64,000 nucleotides of DNA from Bacteroidia bacterium (lineage in GTDB: Bacteria > Bacteroidota > Bacteroidia > Bacteroidales > JAPLDU01), in the NCBI GenBank assembly GCA_026391255.1, contig JAPLDU010000096.1, positions 3,777 through 67,776 of the forward strand. Reading direction: 5' to 3'. Both the position numbers and the translations under genes were made by a program. Below the pieces are notes generated by a model that saw only the letters and a list, made by a program, of their open reading frames with translations, searched no databases and was not told the origin of the DNA. Positions 9,518 to 16,796 of the stretch are shown here, one piece after another (within the stretch, counting starts at the first letter, position 1; every line of letters starts with the position of its first letter).

Positions 9518-10636
9518 ATGGAATTTCCTCAATTATCAGAAACCTGGGCTGGTGCGTATATTCAAATATTAGTTGCAGTATTAATATTTTTTGTTGGCTT
9601 GCCTCTTTTAATAACACAACTAAGTATGCCTGAAGATATAAGGAGAATATATTTTCGGTACCAAAAAAAATGGATTATTCTTATAATAATTATAACTATT
9701 ATTTCTGCTATTTTGTTGATTTGGTATGTTCATCCTTGCCCAGGCATAATATCTTCATTTGAAAAAAGTATAATAATTTCTGTATTAGTGACTATCATAT
9801 TATCAAGCTTTTTATATATTTATTGGAAATTGTATAATCAAAATAGACTAACTTTAATTAATAATATATTTATAAATTGCCTTGTTAATGGTGGACTAAA
9901 TCAAGCTTTTAAGGATCTTGCGTATTTAGGTGAATGCGGAAAACAAGGGGATGAAAAATATCTTGTAGTCAAAAAGATTTCTGATATCACAAAAATAATT
10001 ATTAAAAAACAAATTTACCATTATCATATGTTTGATCATATTATTGATGCTGTAAGGAAAACTGTAATTAATAGATTTCAATCTGGAAATGAAGATAATT
10101 TTAGATCAGTTTTATATTTGTTGAATGAAATACATGAATATTATATATTAAACCTTCCAGAATCTCAATATGATAAAAGATCTGTTGATAAAGTAATCGG
10201 AGAATTATGTATTAAATGTCTAAACCTCGGATTTATTGAAACGGCAATACTTTATCAGCAGGTTATGAAAGAAGATACAAATGAACTACTAAAAATTGGA
10301 ATTACAGCAATTCAATTGAAAAAATACAATCTTGCTGTAGCATGCCTTAATGATATTGAATCAAATGTTGTTAATATACTGGAAGATAATAATATATTGC
10401 GTGAGAAAGATTTATTTCAATTAATAGGTTTAGCTGCACATATTTGGGCAATTAATGCTGTTTCACATGATCGTGTTTTAAAGGCATTTAATTTGTTTAA
10501 TAATATTAATATATCTATAAGCAATTGTTTAGAATCTGCTAAAAAAGAGTATTCAAGTATTCAAGATTATAGCACTGCTCAACAAATTAATAATTTATTA
10601 CACAGCGAAGTATTTAGAGAAAATTTACAATTATAA
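9518..10636 (+). CDS. 3-TM membrane protein with a roughly 250-aa cytoplasmic helical-repeat region, family not recognised
   Basis: Three N-terminal hydrophobic helices are present (YIQILVAVLIFFVGLPLLI; WIILIIIITIISAILLIWYV; IIISVLVTIILSSFLYIYW). The remainder looks helical. It starts 2 nt after the receiver stop and has the same low-GC composition. Confidence 0.55.
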   Translation: MEFPQLSETWAGAYIQILVAVLIFFVGLPLLITQLSMPEDIRRIYFRYQKKWIILIIIITIISAILLIWYVHPCPGIISSFEKSIIISVLVTIILSSFLYIYWKLYNQNRLTLINNIFINCLVNGGLNQAFKDLAYLGECGKQGDEKYLVVKKISDITKIIIKKQIYHYHMFDHIIDAVRKTVINRFQSGNEDNFRSVLYLLNEIHEYYILNLPESQYDKRSVDKVIGELCIKCLNLGFIETAILYQQVMKEDTNELLKIGITAIQLKKYNLAVACLNDIESNVVNILEDNNILREKDLFQLIGLAAHIWAINAVSHDRVLKAFNLFNNINISISNCLESAKKEYSSIQDYSTAQQINNLLHSEVFRENLQL

Positions 10637-10673
10637 CTTCAAAATATATTACAAATATTTCGAAAGTTATAAA
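10631..10673 (+). terminator. imperfect hairpin overlapping the cassette stop codon (ttataactt ... aagttataa)
   Basis: ttataacttc-aaaatatattacaaatattt-cgaaagttataa. A 9-10-bp AT-rich stem flanks a roughly 20-nt loop and no clean T-tract follows. Confidence 0.3.
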
Positions 10674-10778
10674 TTACAATCAATAGTAATCATTATTAAT
10701 AGGTCTTTCTATTTTCCAAATGTTTTTCAAATTTTTATGAAAAGTCGGGGTCGACCAGGAAATATTACTCTTTTAAAT

Positions 10779-10850
10779 GTAAGCGTTGGGCCTTGTACAG
10801 GTATCTGATTTGATCATGTGGTGCATTTTGCTCCGGAATAGGTGGTAACC
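10779..10850 (+). repeat. IS66-type terminal sequence, diverged solo copy 1
   Basis: It starts gtaagcg and ends ...ctccggaataggtggtaac, and aligns with copies at 14649, 17338 and 17641. Confidence 0.5.
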
Positions 10851-10889
10851 AAAAATGCTTAAATTTGTATCTGAATAAGCATTATCCTG

Positions 10890-10970
10890 ATGAAAGGCTA
10901 CAATCTGTTTAAGGATTTCGATTTTAAGAGGCTCGATTCACCTGACTTCAAGGAGGACAGTGTGCGTTAA
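10890..10970 (+). pseudogene. orphaned 26-codon N-terminal leader of the nuclease-methylase, closed by an in-frame TAA
   Basis: The ATG at 10890 gives MKGYNLFKDFDFKRLDSPDFKEDSVR, then TAA (10968-10970), in frame with the GTG at 10971. The paralogous fragment at 14763 has GAA (Glu) at this codon and reads straight through. Confidence 0.7.
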
Positions 10971-13130
10971 GTGATCATTCTGCCTGTGCTTTATGAATTG
11001 GGATATACCAATATTGATATTGTACGTAGTAAAATGTTGCAACACCCGTTCCTGAAGATAGGCTCGCAAAAGAGACAGGTCAACATTGTTCCGGATTACC
11101 TGTTGAAGGTAGGCGACAATTATGCCTGGGTGCTTGATGCAAAAGCGCCGGATGAGGACATCAAAACTGGTTACAATGTTGAACAGGTTTTCAGCTATGC
11201 CATTCACCCCGAAATTCGTACCAGGTATTTTGCATTATGTAATGGCCGTGAGTTTGCACTTTACCGTCAGGACACTGAAAGGCCGGTACTTTTCTTCAAT
11301 ATGCAGGACGTCGGCAGCTATTGGGGAAATCTTGAAACATACCTGTCACCCGGTTCATTCCAGGAAGGCAAAAAACCAGTATTTGAATTAGTTGAAAAGT
11401 ACAGAAAAAAATATGATAATTTCGATTATATCAACAGGCCATTACTTGATGAAATACCTGTTCGAAAAAGAGCGGCAAAGAGGCACTTCGGAGTGCACGG
11501 TTACTTCACCAAACAAGCTTGGAATGTTGTCCGGGAATATATATTAAATTTTTCTAAGCCTGGGGACATTGTATTTGATCCTTTCGGAGGAAGTGGTGTA
11601 ACACTTGTAGAAGCCTTAATGACTGACCGGCAAGGTATACATATCGATTTAAATCCTATGTCAATATTTATAGTTGATAGCTTAATTGCACCTGTTAATA
11701 TTCCTGAATTGAATAATGCTTTTGACAGGATAAAAAATCGCTTCCAAAAACTCAAACCTGAAACAAAGGAAGAAATTGATAAAGCCTTATCAAAATATCC
11801 TTATCCACAGGGGTATACCCTTCCAAAAGGTTCTGATGTAGAAACCATTGAACAATTGTTTACAAATGAACAATTAGCAAATCTATCATTAATTAAGTAC
11901 CTGATTAAAAATGAAAAAAATGAAAATTTAAGAAAAACCCTGTTATTAGCTTTTTCAACAACAATCACGAAAATTAATAGAACATATCACAACTCAGATT
12001 ATGCCAGTGAAAATGCTGGTGATTGTGCAGCATTTCGTTATTACCGATACAGAATTGCTACAGAACCAGTTAATTTAAATATATGGGATACATTTGAAGG
12101 AAAATTCTGGAAAATTGTCAATGCAAAGAAAGATATAGCTCCAAAGATCAATGAAGACACTATTTCCAATGCACAGGTTTATAAAGGAACGGCCACAAAT
12201 TTAAAGGAAATTAAAACAGAAAGCATTGATTACATTTATACCGATCCGCCTTATGGTTCAAAGATACCATACCTTGATCTGTCGGTAATGTGGAATGCCT
12301 GGCTCGGGCTTGAGGTAACCGAGCAGGACAGGGAGCTTGAGGCAATTGAAGGCGGTGAAATGCACAAAACAAAAGACGATTACAGCGACCTGATCTCAAA
12401 ATCCATTATGGAATGTTACCGGGTGCTGAAGTTCGATCGCTGGATGAGTTTTGTATTTGCACATAAGGACCCGGAGTTCTGGCACCTGATCATCGAAACT
12501 GCCGAGCGCGCAGGCTTTGAATATGCCGGTGCGGTGAAGCAGGCAAACGGACAGACCAGTTTCAAGAAGCGCCAGAATCCTTTTACAGTTCTTGCCGGGC
12601 AATTGATCATCAATTTTAAGAAAGTGCGCAAACCGAAGGCAATTCTCAGGGCCAATCTGGGCATGAATATCGGCGATATTGTACTCGAAACCATCGAAGG
12701 AGTAATAGCTAAACATAATGGCGCAACACTGGAACAGATCAATGACGAGCTCATTATTAAAGGACTTGAGCTTGGCTTTCTCGATCTTCTCAAAAAAGAA
12801 TACTCCGACCTCACATCCATACTGATGTCAGAGTTTGATTACAATACAGAAACAGAACAATTCATGATCCGTAAGAACATGAAATTCAAGACTTCCATTG
12901 ACCTGAACCTGCGTGTTAAATATTATCTGATGTCGTACCTGCGGAGGCAGGAAATCGAAAATAAAACTCCCACCTTTGACGAGATAGTCCTGAACATCCT
13001 GCCACTTTTACGGAACGGAACCACCCCGGAACATCAGACTATTCTGAATGTTCTCGAAGCCATAGGCGAACATATAGGGAAAGACCGGTGGAAACTGAAG
13101 AGCGAAGAAGCGCAATTGAAGTTGTTTTGA
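10971..13130 (+). CDS. fusion of an HsdR-N-like PD-(D/E)xK nuclease domain with an N6/N4 DNA methyltransferase (single-polypeptide RM-like enzyme)
   Basis: Nuclease motif: P41-D42 (11091-11096) and D56-A57-K58 (11136-11144), in VPDYLL...VLDAKAP. Methylase motif I is FDPFGGSG (11574-11597), preceded by HGYFTKQ. Motif IV is DPPY (12243-12254). Motif I precedes motif IV with about 220 aa between them. Confidence 0.8.
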   Translation: MIILPVLYELGYTNIDIVRSKMLQHPFLKIGSQKRQVNIVPDYLLKVGDNYAWVLDAKAPDEDIKTGYNVEQVFSYAIHPEIRTRYFALCNGREFALYRQDTERPVLFFNMQDVGSYWGNLETYLSPGSFQEGKKPVFELVEKYRKKYDNFDYINRPLLDEIPVRKRAAKRHFGVHGYFTKQAWNVVREYILNFSKPGDIVFDPFGGSGVTLVEALMTDRQGIHIDLNPMSIFIVDSLIAPVNIPELNNAFDRIKNRFQKLKPETKEEIDKALSKYPYPQGYTLPKGSDVETIEQLFTNEQLANLSLIKYLIKNEKNENLRKTLLLAFSTTITKINRTYHNSDYASENAGDCAAFRYYRYRIATEPVNLNIWDTFEGKFWKIVNAKKDIAPKINEDTISNAQVYKGTATNLKEIKTESIDYIYTDPPYGSKIPYLDLSVMWNAWLGLEVTEQDRELEAIEGGEMHKTKDDYSDLISKSIMECYRVLKFDRWMSFVFAHKDPEFWHLIIETAERAGFEYAGAVKQANGQTSFKKRQNPFTVLAGQLIINFKKVRKPKAILRANLGMNIGDIVLETIEGVIAKHNGATLEQINDELIIKGLELGFLDLLKKEYSDLTSILMSEFDYNTETEQFMIRKNMKFKTSIDLNLRVKYYLMSYLRRQEIENKTPTFDEIVLNILPLLRNGTTPEHQTILNVLEAIGEHIGKDRWKLKSEEAQLKLF

Positions 13131-13173
13131 GCGGGAATAATGATGGGCATGGTTTTCTGTTTAACTGCTTATC

Positions 13174-13332
13174 CCCTTTAAAAAGGTTGATGATAATTTA
13201 TAATATTTGTATTTTTTTTACCACATAGGCACAGTAGATACATAGAAAGACACATAGTTTAAATCCGGAATTATCACTGCAAATAAAGGTTAAGCCTATG
13301 TGCAGCCTATGTTTCTATGATACTATGTGGTA
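13174..13332 (+). repeat. about 160-bp hairpin-forming element, copy 1 (MITE or ncRNA-like)
   Basis: ccctttaaaaaggttgatgataatttataat...accacataggcacagtagatacatag...ctatgtttctatgatactatgtggta. It is roughly 90 percent identical to 17437-17600, and its arms are mutually complementary. Confidence 0.75.
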
Positions 13333-13441
13333 AAATATAAATTGCTCTATCTATTTTTTCTCCAGGTACTATTGATAATTTTCCCATGTTATTAATGTTG
13401 TCACAATTTGCGATATCTTCTGCAAATATATTCAATTCATT

Positions 13442-13642
13442 CTATTGAGATGATTTGTTTTTGTATGGTTGGTAACAGTTGTGTGGAAGGATGCTGCCAG
13501 GTTCTGATGTTTTGGTATCAGGTAACCATGTGAGGACATCGGTTAGCCAGGCAAAAGGTTCTATGTAGTTTAATTTACAGGTTCCCAGGAAAGAGTATAT
13601 CAGGGCTGCACTTTGTGCACCCTCATGTGATCCGGCGAACAT
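13442..13642 (-). pseudogene. IS66-family transposase, C-terminal fragment only
   Basis: FAGSHEGAQSAALIYSFLGTCKLNYIEPFAWLTDVL matches the conserved C-terminus of IS66 TnpC-type transposases. No upstream catalytic region is present. Confidence 0.7.
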
Positions 13643-13712
13643 GTGTAACTATCCGGCCTGGTACATCCTTACAGGAATATTCTGATTATATTACTTTGCC
13701 TGAAAAAATTAT

Positions 13713-13865
13713 ATGTCAACAACAGTACAGACCAATGAACACAATAGTGAGATGCTGCAAATGATAGAAGAGTGGCTGAAAAGCGAGCTTAGTAAAAAAG
13801 GAGTTTGTGAGACCTGCAAGATTGCATAGTGTAAATTCTACTATTGGTTGAAACGGTATCATTAG
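13713..13865 (+). pseudogene. IS accessory HTH protein remnant (IS66 TnpA-like) with an in-frame stop
   Basis: It reads MSTTVQTNEHNSEMLQMIEEWLKSELSKKGVCETCKIA*CKFYYWLKRYH*. The pattern ...W..S.LSKK.FC....I....FYYW.KRY is typical of IS accessory HTH proteins, but a TAG interrupts it. Confidence 0.4.
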
Positions 13866-13987
13866 AAAGAGAATAATGAGCAGGGGTAATGGTGTTTGGG
13901 CAATGTCATGGATAGAGAAAAAAAATTGCGCGAGAAGGAAAAGAAAATAAATTTGCATAATGTTCACTATTTAGCTAACTTTGCATC

Positions 13988-14332
13988 GTGAATGAAAAAT
14001 TTATCCGGAACATATTTTATTACAAGAACTATTACCTTGACTTCTTCGACACGTTGAGACCGGAAGTTAAGAAAAAGTTCAACTGGACATTGCAGCTTAT
14101 TGCAACTGTTAAGCATATTCCGGAAAAGTATTTTAAACACCTGACAGGAACAACCGGGCTTTTTGAGATTCGGGTTGAAATTGGTTCTGATACTTTTCGG
14201 GTTTTTTGTTTCTTTGATGAAGGACAATTGATTATTTTGGTTAATGGCTTTCAAAAAAAATCTAAGAAAACTCCGGAAAAAGAAATTGAAATTGCAGAAA
14301 AATTAAAAAAACAATATTTCGATGAAAAATAA
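13988..14332 (+). CDS. type II toxin, RelE/ParE superfamily (phage Gp49-like)
   Basis: IFYYKNYYLDFFDTLRPEVKKKFNWTLQLI...GLFEIRVEIGSDTFRVFCFFDEGQLIILVNGFQKKSKKTP. It has a GTG start and overlaps the downstream HTH gene by 11 nt. Confidence 0.75.
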   Translation: MNEKFIRNIFYYKNYYLDFFDTLRPEVKKKFNWTLQLIATVKHIPEKYFKHLTGTTGLFEIRVEIGSDTFRVFCFFDEGQLIILVNGFQKKSKKTPEKEIEIAEKLKKQYFDEK

Positions 14333-14630
14333 TAGAAAAAACCTTACATCTTTTATTAGTCATTTGGATAAGCAATACGGCAAACGCGGAACTGAAACCC
14401 GAGAAAAATATGAGGAAGAATTTGAATCCTTTAAACTTGGAGTTATGATTCAAGAACTCAGAAAAGAAAAGGGTTTGACGCAGGGACAATTAGCTGAAAA
14501 ATGCGGAACGACAAAGACTTATATTTCGAGGATTGAAAACAATGCAAGTGACATCAGACTTTCGACACTTATGAGAATAATTCGTGAAGGGTTTGGTGGA
14601 CATTTAAACTTAAGTGTTGATATCTATTAA
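14322..14630 (+). CDS. XRE-family HTH antitoxin
   Basis: The HTH is LTQGQLAEKCGTTKTYISRIENNASDIRLSTLMRII. It is translationally coupled to the RelE-like gene. Confidence 0.8.
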   Translation: MKNNRKNLTSFISHLDKQYGKRGTETREKYEEEFESFKLGVMIQELRKEKGLTQGQLAEKCGTTKTYISRIENNASDIRLSTLMRIIREGFGGHLNLSVDIY

Positions 14631-14648
14631 GAAAAATGAACTTAGCCC

Positions 14649-14721
14649 GTAAAACCCTCCGGGCAAGTACACATCCCTGACTTTATGAGGTGATACACTT
14701 TACTCCGGAATGGGTGGTGAC
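14649..14721 (+). repeat. IS66-type terminal sequence, solo copy 2
   Basis: gtaaaaccctccgggcaagtacacatccctgactttatgaggtgatacactttactccggaatgggtggtgac. Confidence 0.55.
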
Positions 14722-14762
14722 AAAAAAATGCCTGACTTTGTATCTGAATAAACATACTCCGG

Positions 14763-14948
14763 ATGAAAGGCTACAACCTGTTTAAGGATTTCGATTTTAA
14801 AAGGCTTGATTCACATGACTTCAAAGAGGAAAGAGTGCGTGAAGTGATTATTCTGCCTGTACTTTATGAACTCGGGTACAACAATTTTGATATTTCACAG
14901 ACTCGAAAACAAGAAATTCAAACCATCGAATCATGCCAATCAAAATAA
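14763..14948 (+). pseudogene. 5' fragment of a paralogous nuclease-methylase gene (about the first 45 codons conserved)
   Basis: MKGYNLFKDFDFKRLDSHDFKEERVREVIILPVLYELGYNNFDI matches 10890-11020 at both DNA and protein level. It then diverges and stops. Confidence 0.65.
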
Positions 14949-14971
14949 TCATATAAATCACAGTTCAGACA

Positions 14972-15142
14972 ATGGATGAGAAGCAATACCACTATTGGGA
15001 AGCGCCAAACGAGAAAAACGAGCCTGCCGAAGAAAAACAAGTTTGCAAAAAATGTGGAAACGATACTTTCAGGGTATACATTAAGATCATTATTGACGAT
15101 GCCCGCTTGTATTGTGCAAAATGTGGTGAATTCTATATTTAA
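14972..15142 (+). CDS. possible 56-aa zinc-ribbon protein
   Basis: MDEKQYHYWEAPNEKNEPAEEKQVCKKCGNDTFRVYIKIIIDDARLYCAKCGEFYI has a CxxC...CxxC pair. It is below the ORF-track size cut-off. The overlapping listed ORF 14976..15173 looks less protein-like. Confidence 0.35.
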   Translation: MDEKQYHYWEAPNEKNEPAEEKQVCKKCGNDTFRVYIKIIIDDARLYCAKCGEFYI

Positions 15143-15267
15143 ATTACCAAAAACAGAAAATTCGGATGCATAAATGGAAACATATAAAACAGTTATGTGG
15201 GATTAAAAAAGAAGCATTGCTTTGAAAATATACCAATAATTGGTAACTTTGTGAAAATTTTAAAAAT

Positions 15268-15525
15268 ATGAATAGGAACACTTCTATATCACTGGGGAGC
15301 TATTTCGACCATTTTATACAAAGTAAAATAGCCACTGGCAGATTTAAAAATGCTAGTGAAGTAGTTAGAGCTGGCCTTAGACTTTTGGAAGAAGAGGAAA
15401 GTAAAGTGATTGCTTTAACAGAAGCTATTCAGGAGGGAATTAATAGTGGAATTGCTTTTGATTTCAATCCTGTGACACATTTAGCAAAGCTGAAATCCCA
15501 AAGACAATTGAATGAAAAAACTTAG
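15268..15525 (+). CDS. parD: ParD-family (ribbon-helix-helix) type II antitoxin
   Basis: MNRNTSISLGSYFDHFIQSKIATGRFKNASEVVRAGLRLLEEEE is the typical ParD/CopG N-terminus. It overlaps the ParE start by 14 nt. Confidence 0.8.
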   Translation: MNRNTSISLGSYFDHFIQSKIATGRFKNASEVVRAGLRLLEEEESKVIALTEAIQEGINSGIAFDFNPVTHLAKLKSQRQLNEKT

Positions 15526-15681
15526 ATTTACAAATAAAGCTGTTGAAGATTTAACGCAGATTTGGGATTACACTCTGAATAATTGGTCAGAGAAGCAGGC
15601 AGACATCTATTATTCATTATAATACTCCCCAATATTCGGACCACGAGTTAAGCAAATATTTAAACTTAACTTTACAGTGAA

Positions 15682-15972
15682 ATGATAAAAGGGCAAAGAA
15701 GGAAATTGACAGGGTCTTACAAAGGCCAAGTTGCTGTTGCAGCGTTGAAAGAACGAGAGACATTGGCAGAATTATCAAAGCGGTTCAGTGTTCATCCTAC
15801 AGTGATTTCAAAGTGGAAACAAGAGTTAATTGAACGGTCCGGTGAAATATTTGAGACCAAAGGATCAAAAAAGGACAATACTCCTGATATTGAGAAGCTT
15901 TATGCAAAAATTGGCCAATTGGAAATGGAGTGTGACTATTTAAAAAAAATCTCAAAAATGACCGGAGTATGA
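15682..15972 (+). CDS. IS3 transposase OrfA (HTH plus leucine zipper)
   Basis: LAELSKRFSVHPTVISKWKQEL is the HTH and the C-terminus looks coiled-coil. An A8 run at 15942-15949 lies in the A_AAA_AAA register. Confidence 0.85.
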   Translation: MIKGQRRKLTGSYKGQVAVAALKERETLAELSKRFSVHPTVISKWKQELIERSGEIFETKGSKKDNTPDIEKLYAKIGQLEMECDYLKKISKMTGV

Positions 15973-16796
15973 AAGAGCTTCAAGGATATATAAATGAAAA
16001 TGAGAAACTAAGCATACGCCGGCAATGTTGTCTCCTGGGAGTAAACCGAAGTTGCTTCTATTACAAGCCAAAAGGGGAATCCGTGGAAAATTTGGAAATC
16101 ATGTTGTTCATGGATAAACGTCATACCGACAAACCAACGCATGGTATCCTACAGATGCAAGATTACCTGATGACACTGGGCTTAGAGGTAAATTACAAAA
16201 GGGTAAAGCGGTTATTGCGTAAAATGCGAATCATGGCCATTTACCCGATGCGAAACCTTAGCAAATTGGGAAAAGCAAAATATATAAGACCGTATTTACT
16301 GAGAAACCTGGCAATTACCAGATCCAACCAGGTTTGGGAAATTGACATCACATATATTCCCATGAGGAGAGGTTTTATGTACCTTACGGCCATTATAGAC
16401 GTATATAGTCGTTATGTTGTGGGCTGGGACATTTTTAACACCTTAGATGCTGAAAACAGCTTAAATGTGACCACCGACGCCATTGCAAGAAATGGCAAAC
16501 CGGAAATAATCAATTCAGACCAGGGGAGCCAGTTTACAAGTGCGCTATGGACGGAATATTTGGAACATGAGACCATCCAGATCAGTATGGATGGAAAGGG
16601 ACGGGCACTAGATAATATCTATATAGAACGGTTCTGGCGAACATGCAAGCGTGATTATGTATACCTTTATCCTTCATCCGATGGATATGAGCTATTTAAA
16701 GGTTTGTCCGGGTTCATGGATGAGTATAATCATGAAAAGCGTCATCAGGGCATTGGACGGTGTATACCGTTTGACTTATATTCTCCGGCAGCATGA
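15969..16796 (+). CDS. IS3 transposase OrfB (DDE integrase core)
   Basis: The DDE residues lie in WEIDITYIP, INSDQGSQFTS and IERFWRTCKRD. It is in the -1 frame relative to OrfA with an ATGA overlap, and the -1 frame is open from the slippery run. Confidence 0.9.
   Translation: MKELQGYINENEKLSIRRQCCLLGVNRSCFYYKPKGESVENLEIMLFMDKRHTDKPTHGILQMQDYLMTLGLEVNYKRVKRLLRKMRIMAIYPMRNLSKLGKAKYIRPYLLRNLAITRSNQVWEIDITYIPMRRGFMYLTAIIDVYSRYVVGWDIFNTLDAENSLNVTTDAIARNGKPEIINSDQGSQFTSALWTEYLEHETIQISMDGKGRALDNIYIERFWRTCKRDYVYLYPSSDGYELFKGLSGFMDEYNHEKRHQGIGRCIPFDLYSPAA

Noticed and set aside
10951-10956. AGGAGG lies upstream of the GTG start of the methylase and could be a Shine-Dalgarno sequence created to drive reinitiation.
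   Set aside because: The spacing to GTG is 14 nt, which is long. The string is simply the Lys-Glu-Asp coding sequence, also purine-rich in the paralogous fragment. Bacteroidota generally make little use of SD sequences.
12396-12820. Two listed minus-strand ORFs (106 and 134 aa) lie inside the methylase gene.
   Set aside because: They are antisense to a strongly supported CDS in its GC-rich part. They are Ser/Arg/Leu/Cys-rich with no recognisable motif, which is typical of shadow ORFs.
13716-14254. Minus-strand ORFs of 83 and 95 aa lie between the IS66 fragment and the RelE-like gene.
   Set aside because: They are low-complexity Phe/Leu/Ile-rich translations of AT-rich DNA. One is antisense to the RelE-like toxin and the other covers the TnpA-like remnant.
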